Assembly (NCBI RefSeq): GCF_035943815.1
Contig: NZ_DASZBU010000018.1
Location: 23,353-87,352 of the forward strand
Direction of reading: 5' to 3'
Source: Frateuria sp.
Lineage (GTDB): Bacteria; Pseudomonadota; Gammaproteobacteria; Xanthomonadales; Rhodanobacteraceae
Length of the DNA stretch: 64,000 nucleotides
The position numbers and the translations under genes were made by a program. Shown here piece by piece: positions 18,810-27,687 of the stretch. How positions within the stretch are numbered: the first letter of the stretch is position 1; every line of letters begins with the position of its first letter. The notes below the pieces were generated by a model. It was not told where the DNA came from. It searched no databases and was given only the letters and a program-made list of their open reading frames with translations.

Positions 18810-19154
18810 CTAGGTTTTGAACCGCCGAACCTCCTGCGGCCAGCCGCAGGCTTCGGCCACCCTGCCTGCCCAGTGTCTTGCCGCCTGCTCGTCGGGCACG
18901 TCGATCACGGTGAATCCGCCAAGGAACTGCGGGTTGCGCACGTACGGCCCGTCGGTGAACGCCAGCGTGCCGCTGGTGGTATCCGCGCTGAAGGCTTCCT
19001 GCGGGTCTTCCACCAGGCCGCCGGCGAACACGTAGACGCCGGCCGCCTTCATATCATCCACGACCGCACGCGCAAGCGGACCGCGGGCGGCGAACCACGT
19101 CTGCGTGTGCTCGCCGACCCACGCCTGGTTGAAATAGATGAGGTACTTGCTCAT
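18810..19154 (-). CDS. YciI-family (DGPF-domain) protein
   Basis: 114 aa. FTDGPYVRNPQFLGGFTVIDVPDEQAARHWAGR matches the YCII-related motif. Confidence 0.75.
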   Translation of the reverse strand: MSKYLIYFNQAWVGEHTQTWFAARGPLARAVVDDMKAAGVYVFAGGLVEDPQEAFSADTTSGTLAFTDGPYVRNPQFLGGFTVIDVPDEQAARHWAGRVAEACGWPQEVRRFKT

Positions 19155-19278
19155 GCCATGCCCCGGGGCCGCGCAGCCCAGCGGCTGCCATCGTCCTCAC
19201 GACGGGCGGGTGTATAGCGATTCGACACAAGTGGGGCTCACGAACTGTCACGGGGTCGGAGCCGCCGTTTTGGAGCGC

Positions 19279-19827
19279 TCAGCCGACAGGCGCCTTGATC
19301 GGCTCCGCAGCCTTGGTGGGGTAGGTGAGCAGGTAGAGCAGCACCAGTATTCCTCCCACCGGCGCCAGGCTGATGAGCTGCCACCAGGGGCTCAAGCCCG
19401 CGTCGCGCAGGCGCCGGGTACACGCCGCAATCCATGGCAGCAGCACGGCCAGGGAGGCGATCTGCAGCGGCAACGGGCCGATGGCCTCGGAAAGCAGCTC
19501 GGCGAAGGCCAGCAGCATGGTCACGGCCAGTGCGAACCACCAGAACGCCGCGCGTGGGGTCGTGCCGGTGAATTCCAGGCCGCGCAGCACGCCTTCGCGC
19601 ATGGCCTGGAGCGCCGGCTGACTGGGCACCGGGTGGCCCACCAGCAGGCTCTCGGCCGGCACCTCGAACACGGCGGCCAGTGCGCGCAAGGACTCGGTCG
19701 AAACCCTGGCACCCGATTCGAGGCGCTGGATGGTCCGCAGGTTCAGGCCGCTCAGCTCGGCCAACTGTTCCTGCGACCACTGGCGGGCGGCGCGCAGCTC
19801 ACGGAGTCGGGCGCTATTGATCTGCAT
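19279..19827 (-). CDS. XRE-family HTH fused to a DUF805-like membrane domain
   Basis: The ATG at 19827 has AAGGAG upstream. HTH is LRELRAARQWSQEQLAELSGLNLRTIQRLESG. The C-terminus is WWFALAVTMLL...RRLRDAGLSPWWQLISLAPVGGILVLLYLL. Confidence 0.75.
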   Translation of the reverse strand: MQINSARLRELRAARQWSQEQLAELSGLNLRTIQRLESGARVSTESLRALAAVFEVPAESLLVGHPVPSQPALQAMREGVLRGLEFTGTTPRAAFWWFALAVTMLLAFAELLSEAIGPLPLQIASLAVLLPWIAACTRRLRDAGLSPWWQLISLAPVGGILVLLYLLTYPTKAAEPIKAPVG

Positions 19828-20108
19828 GGATGCTCCTTGGCATCGGGGGCTCGGGTTCCCGCCATCATCCTGCCGTACCCCGCTTTCCGCGACGACAGCG
19901 ACCCGAAATGAGCACGACAGGAGCCCGACTGCGTGCTGTCGAGCCGCTGTATCCGGGCCATAAGGTCCTCCCCAACGCCAAGGTGATGCTTGGCGCGAGG
20001 GGACCCGCGCCCGGGCCCAGCAGTGAAACTTAGTTATTGACCTAAGTAAAATCGACTGCCAGACTCGGCCATCGCACTGAAGTCTCCCATCGAGTGGCCG
20101 GCATCGAG

Positions 20109-20450
20109 ATGAATCCATCCGCCGTCGTTGACGACGTCTTTTATGCCTTGTCCAACGCGACCCGGCGACAAGTCCTGGAACAACTGTTCAGCGGGCCGGC
20201 CACGGTCAGCGAGCTTGCCGCGCCGTTCGACATGAAGCTCCCCTCGTTCGTGCAGCACCTGGCGGTGCTCGAGCAGAGCTGCCTGGTGAAATCCACGAAA
20301 CAGGGAAGGGTGCGGACCTACGAGATCGCACCCGAGCGGTTCAAGGCCGCCGAAGACTGGCTCGCCGAGCGGCGCCAGCTGTGGGAAGCCCGACTCGATC
20401 GTTTCGATACGTACGTCCAGCAACTCAAGGAAAAGGAACCGCAAGCATGA
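20109..20450 (+). CDS. ArsR/SmtB-family transcriptional regulator
   Basis: FYALSNATRRQVLEQLFSGPATVSELAAPFDMKLPSFVQHLAVLEQSCLV. The start is either the ATG at 20109 or the GTG at 20094. Confidence 0.8.
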   Translation: MNPSAVVDDVFYALSNATRRQVLEQLFSGPATVSELAAPFDMKLPSFVQHLAVLEQSCLVKSTKQGRVRTYEIAPERFKAAEDWLAERRQLWEARLDRFDTYVQQLKEKEPQA

Positions 20451-20935
20451 GCAAGCCATCCGCGTTCGATCCCAAGCTCGATATCGTTTTCGAGCGGTTC
20501 CTCGATGCGCCGCCGCGCCTGGTCTGGGAAGCCCTGACCCAGCCGGAGCACGTCAGCCAGTGGTACATGCCCAAGGCCTGGGGGCGCGTGTCGCGCTGCG
20601 AGATGGACCTGCGGCCGGGCGGCGTCTTCGGCATCGATATCGTCGTGGGCAACGGCCCGGAGGTACCCAACCTCGGCTGCTTTCTGGACGTGGTTCCGAT
20701 GCAGCGGCTGGTCTGGACCTCCATGCTGTTCCCCGGCTATCGCCCGGCCGTCTTCGACGACGTTCCGATCACGGCCATCATGACGCTGGAGCCGCAGGGG
20801 ACAGGAACGCGCTATGTCTTCACGGCGCTGCACCGCAACGAGGCCGACGTTGCGGCGAACAAGGAGTCCGGCTGGAAGGAGGGCACCGATATCGCCCTCG
20901 ATCAATTGGTCGCGCATGTCGCGTCGATGAAATAA
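20447..20935 (+). CDS. SRPBCC/AHSA1-family protein
   Basis: The ATG at 20447 overlaps the ArsR stop (ATGA). FERFLDAPPRLVWEALTQPEHVSQWY is a typical AHSA1 start, and the ArsR+SRPBCC pair is common. Confidence 0.75.
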   Translation: MSKPSAFDPKLDIVFERFLDAPPRLVWEALTQPEHVSQWYMPKAWGRVSRCEMDLRPGGVFGIDIVVGNGPEVPNLGCFLDVVPMQRLVWTSMLFPGYRPAVFDDVPITAIMTLEPQGTGTRYVFTALHRNEADVAANKESGWKEGTDIALDQLVAHVASMK

Positions 20936-20999
20936 GGGCGGTCGCATCCGTTCCATCCGAGTGGAACATTCCGCGTCGGTCAGTTGCAGTCGCGGCGGA

Positions 21000-21545
21000 T
21001 CACACCTGCGGCTTGCGACGAGTGCGCTTCCTTGTCGCGGCCGCGCCCAATGGAGCCGCGGAGCCCGCGTCACCCAACTGCTCCATCCACGCCAGGTCAT
21101 CGACGTAGGCGAGAAACGACCGCAGATAGTCCGGCGACAGCTCGCGCATCAGCGCGATGGCTCGGCTGGCCAGCGCGGTGGAGTTGAGCGGGCCGGCATC
21201 GGTGGGGGCGTGGGCGAGGGATTGCTGGAGCTGGCTGTCGGTGCGCAGGGTGGACCAGAGCTGGCGAAGGCCGACGAGCGCGGGTAGGTTCGGGTAGGCG
21301 CCGCGCTCCGTGCTTGCCTCGCGGTCCAGGCGTTCTACCAGTTCGCGCAGCGGACCCGGATGCGTCGGAGTGGCGTCGCGGGCGGATGTTTCGTCCCGCG
21401 CATCGGCATCGGGCGTTCGCAGTTCGGCCAGACGCGCATCCAACGCGCGTCGCGCTTCGCCGTCGAGGCTCGCGGCGCGCTGTTCCATGGCCGCGATCAG
21501 GTGCGCGCGGATGGCCGAGGCGATGTCAGGGCGCATGGCCGGCAT
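21000..21545 (-). CDS. Small helical protein (resembles DUF2894), fourth gene of the stator-like operon
   Basis: Overlaps the MotB-like stop; the ATG is at 21545 or 21536. The sequence is Ala/Arg/Leu-rich and helical. The family name is from memory only. Confidence 0.55.
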   Translation of the reverse strand: MPAMRPDIASAIRAHLIAAMEQRAASLDGEARRALDARLAELRTPDADARDETSARDATPTHPGPLRELVERLDREASTERGAYPNLPALVGLRQLWSTLRTDSQLQQSLAHAPTDAGPLNSTALASRAIALMRELSPDYLRSFLAYVDDLAWMEQLGDAGSAAPLGAAATRKRTRRKPQV

Positions 21546-22191
21546 CGGTGCCGTTCGGTGTGGCGTTGGCGGCCGACGAGCGGGGGATCGGAGCAATCTC
21601 CACGCGGCGGTTCTTCGCCCGGCCGGTTTCATCCGTGTTGGTGCTGACCGGCTGCTGCGCGCCGAAGGCGGCGGCGAAGACCGCGTCGGCGGGCACGCCG
21701 GCGGCGATCAGCGCGCGGGTGACGGTGAGCGCGCGCTGGGCGGAGAGCTCCCAGTTGTCGGCGAACTGGCGGTTGTCGCCGTGCACGGGCCGGTCGTCGG
21801 TGAAGCCGCTGACCATCAGCAGCTCGTCGCGCGACTGCAGGTACTGCGCCAGCGGCGCGGCGAGACTCTGCACGAGCTGGCGGCCTTCCGGCTGCAGCTG
21901 GTCGGAATTGAGCGCGAACAGCAGGCTGCCGCGGATGCCGATGCGGCCGTTGACCAGGGTCACGCGGCCCTGCGCCAGCGGCGTTGCCAGCGCCTGTTCC
22001 AGCGTGGTGCGGCGTTGCAGTTCGGCCTGGCGCTGCTTCTGGGCCACCTCCAGCTTGTGCGAGAGCTGCAGCTGCACGCCGATGACGCCGACCAGGATCA
22101 GCACGAACGCGCCCAGCAGCACCGACATCAGGTCGCCGAAGGCCCAGATCGGCGCGGTCGACTCGGCGTCGAACTCGACCTCGTCGCTCAT
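21526..22191 (-). CDS. MotB/OmpA-like peptidoglycan-binding stator subunit
   Basis: N-terminal TM with an invariant-type Asp (IWAFGDLMSVLLGAFVLIL). C-terminal OmpA-like motifs are FALNSDQL, SGFTDDRPV, NWELSAQRA and NRRVEI. The ATG overlaps the upstream stop (ATGA). Confidence 0.85.
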   Translation of the reverse strand: MSDEVEFDAESTAPIWAFGDLMSVLLGAFVLILVGVIGVQLQLSHKLEVAQKQRQAELQRRTTLEQALATPLAQGRVTLVNGRIGIRGSLLFALNSDQLQPEGRQLVQSLAAPLAQYLQSRDELLMVSGFTDDRPVHGDNRQFADNWELSAQRALTVTRALIAAGVPADAVFAAAFGAQQPVSTNTDETGRAKNRRVEIAPIPRSSAANATPNGTDAGHAP

Positions 22192-24287
22192 GCCTTCGCC
22201 GCCTTACCGCCCGGCGCGCGGCGGCCGGCAAGCTGCTGCATGTCGGCGATGATCTGCTGCTGCGAGAGCACGCTGAGCTCGACCACTTCCCTGGCCTGCG
22301 CCACGTAGTAGGCGAGTTGCTCGTCGCTGCGCGCGAGCGAGGCGTCGAGCGCGCCGGCGATCTGCTGCAGGCGTTCCATCAGCGCGTCGTTGGCCTGGCC
22401 GAACTGCGCCACGCCCGCGCCGAAGGCTTCGCCCAGGCTGGCGACTTCGACGGCGCCGGCGGCGACCTGCGCCGCGGCGGTGTCGAGCTTGCCGGCCTCC
22501 GCTTCGACCTGCGCGGCGAAGCGGCTGCCGACGCGGTCGAGCAGCTCGGCCGAGGTGCCGACCAGCGCGTCGATCGCGCTGCGCTGTTCGGTGGAGGCGT
22601 GGTTGACCGCCTCGAGCAGGGTTTCCAGGGTGGCCAGCAGGCGGCTGCGTTCCTCCAGCATGGCGGTGTCGCGCACCATGCTGTCGGAGAGCTTCTGGCG
22701 CAGCTCGCCGACGACTTCGGCGGCGACGCGCGGTGCTTCCGACGCGGCCTCGACCAGGCGGGCGATCTCGGCGAGAGTCTGGCTGGCATGGGCCTGGGTA
22801 CGCGCCACCACGGCGCCGGCGGTCTGCTCCAGCGTGTCGCAGATGGCCTGCTGGCGGCTCGCGGTGGCTTCGCCGGCCGCGTTCCATCGAGCGGCGAGGT
22901 CCGCGGTGATGGCGTCGAGCTTGTGCGTCCAGGCGGCCAGGCGCTCCTCGTCTCGTGATTGGAGTGCCGACTGCAGTTGCGCGTGCGAGCGGTCGACCGC
23001 CTGCACCAGCGCGGCCGCGTGCGACTCGAAGCTCGCGCCGGCGGCGGCAAGCGCCTGCCGGTTGCGCTCGGCGAGCCCGGCGTGCACGGCGTCCTGCTTG
23101 GACAGCGCGCTCTGCCATGCCTCGGCCGCGCGGTCGGCGCTCGCGTCCAGGCGCGTGGCGACGCCGGCCAGCAAGGCGGACGAGCGTTGCTCGAAGGTGT
23201 CGGCGAAGCGGGCCAGGGTGTCGCCCAGCGCCTGCGCGTGGGCCTCGTTGGTCTGCCGATGGTGGGCGAGCGCATCGTTCCATATGCCGGTGACGGTGCG
23301 CGCGGTGGTGTCGAAGCCGGCCGCCAGGCCGTCGAGCTGGCGTTGTACGGCCTCGCCCACGCTGGCCTGGATCGCGGCGCTCTCGCGGGCAAGGCTGGCC
23401 AGGGTGGATTCGACCACCGGCTGCAGCACGCCGGCGGCGGTGCGCGCACTGTCGGCCACGCTGGCCTGCAGCGACTGTTCGACCGAGCGGGCCAGGCGCG
23501 TATAGGCCTCCTCGGTGTGGCGGTGGAAGGCCGCGCGGTCGGCGGACTGGCGCTCGTGGGCGGCGGCGCTTTGCTGCTCCAGCGTTGCGGCCATCGCCTG
23601 CAGGCGGTCGACCAGAGCGGGCATCGCCGCGGCCTGCTGCTGCAGCAGGCGCAAGGCCTCCTCGCGCCGGTGTGCCTGCGAATGGATGCGCAGGGTGGTG
23701 GCGATGGCCGCGTCCAGCGCGTGCACCACCTGCAACCGCTCCCAGCGGACCAGCGCGGAGAGCAGGCCGAGCATCGCCGAGCTGGCGACGCCGGCGATGG
23801 AGGTGCCGAAGGCGAAGGCCAGTCCATTGACCGGCGCGGCCAGCGAGCCGCGGATCGCCTGCAGGTCGCTGGCGCTGCCGAGCGCCGTGCCGGTGCCGCG
23901 CAGCGTGGCCATCATGCCCAGCAAGGTGCCGAGCATGCCCAGCAGTACCAGCAGGCCGACCAGGTAGGGCGTCATCGCCGGCGCCGGCAGCGCGGCACGC
24001 TCGCCTTCGACGCGCAGGCGCACGGCGTGGCGCAGGCCGGGAGCCAGGCGCTCCAGCCAGCGGCCGAGCTCGGCCGGCGGCTCGGCCAGTTCGTCCACCG
24101 CCTGGCGCAACGTGGCGGTGGCCTGGCGGTAGCGGAACAGCTCGAAGGCACCGGCGAGGTAGCAGGCGCCGATCAGCAGGGCGACGGCCAGGCCGAGCGG
24201 ATTGCTGCCGACGTAACCGGCGACGATCCAGCCGATGGCGACCAGGCCCAGCGCGAACACGCAAAGAAGGAGCAGACGTTTGAACAT
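22188..24287 (-). CDS. MotA/ExbB-like channel domain fused to a ~490-aa Ala-rich coiled-coil tail (resembles DUF802)
   Basis: ORF trimmed to the ATG at 24287 (MFKRLLLLCVF). Four TMs. The second pair, YLVGLLVLLGMLGTLLGMMATL...VNGLAFAFGTSIAGVASSAMLGLL, matches the MotA_ExbB signature. The rest is repetitive helical sequence. Confidence 0.75.
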   Translation of the reverse strand: MFKRLLLLCVFALGLVAIGWIVAGYVGSNPLGLAVALLIGACYLAGAFELFRYRQATATLRQAVDELAEPPAELGRWLERLAPGLRHAVRLRVEGERAALPAPAMTPYLVGLLVLLGMLGTLLGMMATLRGTGTALGSASDLQAIRGSLAAPVNGLAFAFGTSIAGVASSAMLGLLSALVRWERLQVVHALDAAIATTLRIHSQAHRREEALRLLQQQAAAMPALVDRLQAMAATLEQQSAAAHERQSADRAAFHRHTEEAYTRLARSVEQSLQASVADSARTAAGVLQPVVESTLASLARESAAIQASVGEAVQRQLDGLAAGFDTTARTVTGIWNDALAHHRQTNEAHAQALGDTLARFADTFEQRSSALLAGVATRLDASADRAAEAWQSALSKQDAVHAGLAERNRQALAAAGASFESHAAALVQAVDRSHAQLQSALQSRDEERLAAWTHKLDAITADLAARWNAAGEATASRQQAICDTLEQTAGAVVARTQAHASQTLAEIARLVEAASEAPRVAAEVVGELRQKLSDSMVRDTAMLEERSRLLATLETLLEAVNHASTEQRSAIDALVGTSAELLDRVGSRFAAQVEAEAGKLDTAAAQVAAGAVEVASLGEAFGAGVAQFGQANDALMERLQQIAGALDASLARSDEQLAYYVAQAREVVELSVLSQQQIIADMQQLAGRRAPGGKAAKA

Positions 24288-24298
24288 GGGGAACCGCG

Positions 24299-24958
24299 TC
24301 AGGGGGTGCGAAGCGCCGCGAGCAGCGCGTCGACCGGTTGGAAACGAAGATCCAGCTCCGCCAGCAACACGCTCTGCATGTCGCGGCGGAAGCCATCGAG
24401 CCACGGGGTGGAGGCCTGCCCGGCGGCACGCAGGCGTTCGAAGCGCCGGCCCAGCAGCTCGGTCACCTGGGCGAGCAGGGCGTGCTCGCGCGGGGTGAGG
24501 GCCGCTTCCATCACCGCATCCACCTCGGCCAGTCGCGCCATGTCGGGCGAAGCCTGGGCGAGCGCGTCACGCAGCGTGCCGCGCAGGCGGCCGACGGTGG
24601 CCTGCATGGTGCGCTGGCGGGCGAGGCAAAGCTGGCGGAAGGCGGCGTAGTCGGGTTCGGCCGGCGCCGATGCCCGGGCGGCGAGCAGCGGATCGTCCTT
24701 GATCGCCGTGGCCAGCACCTCGCGGGCCCGTTTGCATTGCCCGTGCAGGTCCTCTGGCGCCGGTGCGTCCACCGTGGGCGCGACCGGCCGGCCGTCGAGC
24801 GCGGCGGCGAGCGAGAGCGCGTGCTTCCAGTCCAGCCACTGGCCCAGTCGGTCGGGCAGCGACTGGCCGGATGCGGCCACGTCGACCTCTGCCAGGCGCG
24901 CCAGCAAACGAATGAACGTGGGCCCGCGAACCGTCGGGCGGAGTGCAGCTTGCGCCAT
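24299..24958 (-). CDS. Small helical protein (resembles DUF3348), first gene of the stator-like operon
   Basis: 219-aa ORF whose stop lies 11 nt before the next start. The family name is from memory only. Confidence 0.55.
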   Translation of the reverse strand: MAQAALRPTVRGPTFIRLLARLAEVDVAASGQSLPDRLGQWLDWKHALSLAAALDGRPVAPTVDAPAPEDLHGQCKRAREVLATAIKDDPLLAARASAPAEPDYAAFRQLCLARQRTMQATVGRLRGTLRDALAQASPDMARLAEVDAVMEAALTPREHALLAQVTELLGRRFERLRAAGQASTPWLDGFRRDMQSVLLAELDLRFQPVDALLAALRTP

Positions 24959-25161
24959 GTTTTCCGGAGCAAAACCGGCAGTTTAGCGCGGCAGCGGTCC
25001 GGCGTGGCGCTCCCCCTGTACCGCCCTTTTCTTCGGCGCCGTCCGGGGAGGATCGGACGTGGCGCCGCGAGCCGCAGGGCGCCGGGCATGAAAGCGGTGC
25101 TGCGGTAGGAGCGGGAATGAACCTACCGGTCCGGCCCTTTGCCACCGGCCTGCGGGTAAGG

Positions 25162-26085
25162 CTAGAAGGCGTACTCCGCCGAGATGCCCGCGCCGCTGTC
25201 GTGCAGGTAGACCGCGTTGCCGTCCTCGCGGCTGCGCTCGTCCTGCGCGAACTCGGTGTGGAAAATGTAGGCAGCGAAACGCCAGTGCGGGTTCGCCCGG
25301 TAGGCCAGGGCGACTTGTTCCTCGCTGTCGGTCTGCGCCAGGCGCACTTCGCCACCTTCGGTGCGCAGGCTGTTTACCCACGGCAGGCGGCCCCAGCTGG
25401 CATCGGCCGTGAGCTGCAGGGCATCGCTGAGCGGGTAACGCAGGTGCAGCCCCAGCATGGGTACGGGAAGCTCCTGTACGTAGAAGTCTTCCTTCAGCTC
25501 GTGGCCGGGGCTGTCCGCGGCGATGGTGCCGTCCAGCTTGAAATTGAGCATGACGTAGCGGGCGCCCAGGCTGCCCCACAGGCTGCCGCCGCTGCCCACG
25601 TCCGCCAGGCGGCGCCAGTAGCTCGCGTCCAGTTCGATGAAATCCTGGAAGTGGGTGACGGTATCCAGCCGGCCGGGCGCCACCTTGGTGCCGTTGAAGT
25701 AGACCGGGGCGGCGAACCGGGCGCTGCCGTCCAGGCGATGGGTGGTCAGCCCCAGATGCAGTTCGCCGGCTTCGCCCAGCGGCGTCCAGGCGAGCACTCG
25801 CAACGACTGCATGTGACCGGCCCGGAGATCGTCGTTCAAGCGCAGGCGCGTGGTGGGCACGTCGTTCTCGCGTACCCGGATCCAGCCGCCGGTCCAGCCT
25901 TGTTGGGCGGCCAGCGCCACATGCCAGTCCGTGGCATGCAGCGGGCCGCAGCCCAGCGCACCGGCGAGCAGCAGGGAGAGCACCTGCAGGCGCCTGCTGC
26001 TTCGTCCGCAGGCGCCTGCAGATGCATCGGCGACGCGGTGCAGTCGCCGCCCGACGCGCGGGAACGAGGGCGCCTGCCTGCGCAT
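25162..26085 (-). CDS. Outer-membrane beta-barrel protein (hypothetical)
   Basis: Alternating-hydrophobicity strands and a C-terminal ...GISAEYAF ending in Phe. A signal-like LQVLSLLLAGALGCGPLHA is present. The N-terminus is uncertain. The start lies 1 nt after the cytochrome b stop. Confidence 0.6.
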   Translation of the reverse strand: MRRQAPSFPRVGRRLHRVADASAGACGRSSRRLQVLSLLLAGALGCGPLHATDWHVALAAQQGWTGGWIRVRENDVPTTRLRLNDDLRAGHMQSLRVLAWTPLGEAGELHLGLTTHRLDGSARFAAPVYFNGTKVAPGRLDTVTHFQDFIELDASYWRRLADVGSGGSLWGSLGARYVMLNFKLDGTIAADSPGHELKEDFYVQELPVPMLGLHLRYPLSDALQLTADASWGRLPWVNSLRTEGGEVRLAQTDSEEQVALAYRANPHWRFAAYIFHTEFAQDERSREDGNAVYLHDSGAGISAEYAF

Positions 26086-26086
26086 C

Positions 26087-26653
26087 TCACAGCATCCTGC
26101 GCAAGGTGTTGTCGCGCACGATGAAGTGGTGCCACAGGGCCGCGGCGACGTGCAGGCCGATGATCCAGTAGAAGATTTCGCCGATGGCCTCGTGCAGTTC
26201 CCCGATCCGCTCGTGCCACGTGGCGTCCGGCGGGACCAGCGACGGCAGCGACCATCCCAGCACGGGCAGCGTCACCCTGTCGCCGGCCAGGTCGACCTGC
26301 ACAATGCCCAGCAGCGGTTGCACAAGCAGGAAGGCGTAGAGCGCCAGGTGGGTGATCCGGGCGACCAGGTGCGTGAACCGTCCCGGAGCCGGCTGGATCG
26401 GGGGAAATCGTCCGATCGCCAGGACCGGCAGGCGGACCAGCAGCAGGAGCAGCACCAGCAGTCCGGCAAGGTAGTGCCACTGCAACGCCGCGCTGGGGCC
26501 GCCGGCCTCCTTGTCTTCGCCGCCGAATTCGACCAGCAGGTAGGCGGCAAACACGGCGAGCACGGTGAGCCAATGCGCAGCGCGCACGAGGGCGGGGTAG
26601 CGGCTGCGCGTCGCGACCCGAGCGGGGGTTCCAGTTCCGATGGTCGCGCTCAT
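26087..26653 (-). CDS. Cytochrome b561-family membrane protein (CybB-like)
   Basis: Four TMs with conserved His residues (AAHWLTV, LQWHYLAG, THLALYAF, GLHVAAALWHHF). The ATG overlaps the peroxidase stop (ATGA). Confidence 0.8.
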   Translation of the reverse strand: MSATIGTGTPARVATRSRYPALVRAAHWLTVLAVFAAYLLVEFGGEDKEAGGPSAALQWHYLAGLLVLLLLLVRLPVLAIGRFPPIQPAPGRFTHLVARITHLALYAFLLVQPLLGIVQVDLAGDRVTLPVLGWSLPSLVPPDATWHERIGELHEAIGEIFYWIIGLHVAAALWHHFIVRDNTLRRML

Positions 26654-27687
26654 GGGTTCGGTTGCGGCGTAGTGGCCACGCTCGGTGGCAGGATCGGGAG
26701 GGTCACCTGCGGCTGGTCACCGGTGAGTGCGCCGAGGAAGGCAGTGATGCGGTCGACCTCCGCGTCGGTGAGCTTTGCACCGAGCTGGCTGCTGCCCATC
26801 ACCGCGACCGCCTGGCGCAGGTCCCATACCTTGCCGGAATGGAAGTACGGCGGCGTCAGCGCCACGTTGCGCAGCGACGGCACGCGGAAGACGTACTCGT
26901 CGCTGACCGTCTTGGTGACGGCGAAGCGTCCCTTGTCGCCCGGCGGCAGGATGTCGGCGCCGGGGCGTTCCACCACGCCGAACGGGGCATACCGGCCGCC
27001 GCCGACGTTGATGCCGTTGTGGCACGCGGCGCAGCCCTTGTCGATGAACAGGGCCAGGCCTTGCATCTGCTGGGCGTCGAGCGCCTTGCCGTCGCCCTTG
27101 AGGTAGCGGTCGAACGGCGCGTTCGGGGTGATCAGCGTGGCCTCGAACAGGGCGATGGCGCGGCGGACATTGTCGAAAGTGATCGGATCGCTGCCGCCGA
27201 AAGCCTTCGCAAAGAGCGGTGCGTAGCCGGGAATGCCCTTCAATTGCTCGACCACGTGCGTGGCTGTGGCGTCCATCTCGATCGGGTTGACCAGCGGTCC
27301 GCCGGCCTGCTGCTCGAGGTCCTTGGCGCGGCCGTCCCAGAACTGGGCGACATCGAAGACCGCGTTGTACACCGTCGGCGCGTTGCGTCCGCCGTGTTGC
27401 CAGCGGTGCCCGAGCGACGTCTGCTGCAGGTCGACCCCGCCCATGCCGATCATGTGGCACGAGTTGCAGCTGATCGCGTGACTCTCGGACAGACGGGGGT
27501 CGAAGTAGAGCATCCTGCCCAGCGCCGTCCTGGCCGGCGAGGCGGGGTTGCCGGGCAGTGCCGGGGGCTGGGTCGGGATCGGCTTGAACAGGCCCCGAGC
27601 CTGCGCCACCCGGTCCGCCTGCGCCCAGGCCGGCGCCGTGCAGGCACCTGCCAGGACCAGACAGGAGACCAGCGTGAACGGTCGCAT
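26650..27687 (-). CDS. Di-haem cytochrome c peroxidase (CCP/MauG family)
   Basis: ORF trimmed to the ATG at 27687 (AAGGAGA upstream) and has a signal peptide. Two CxxCH motifs (CNSCHM, CAACHN), plus FRVPSLRNV and PYFHSG. Confidence 0.9.
   Translation of the reverse strand: MRPFTLVSCLVLAGACTAPAWAQADRVAQARGLFKPIPTQPPALPGNPASPARTALGRMLYFDPRLSESHAISCNSCHMIGMGGVDLQQTSLGHRWQHGGRNAPTVYNAVFDVAQFWDGRAKDLEQQAGGPLVNPIEMDATATHVVEQLKGIPGYAPLFAKAFGGSDPITFDNVRRAIALFEATLITPNAPFDRYLKGDGKALDAQQMQGLALFIDKGCAACHNGINVGGGRYAPFGVVERPGADILPPGDKGRFAVTKTVSDEYVFRVPSLRNVALTPPYFHSGKVWDLRQAVAVMGSSQLGAKLTDAEVDRITAFLGALTGDQPQVTLPILPPSVATTPQPNP

Noticed and set aside
22204-24650. Very long ORFs overlapping the MotA-like/DUF802-like gene in other frames and on the opposite strand (22204..24429 -, 22379..23827 -, 22959..24650 +, 22390..23505 +).
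   Set aside because: Their translations are Arg/Ala/Pro/Gly-rich with no motifs. These are typical shadow ORFs of a high-GC, Ala-codon-rich gene. The frame with TM helices and the MotA signature is the coding one.
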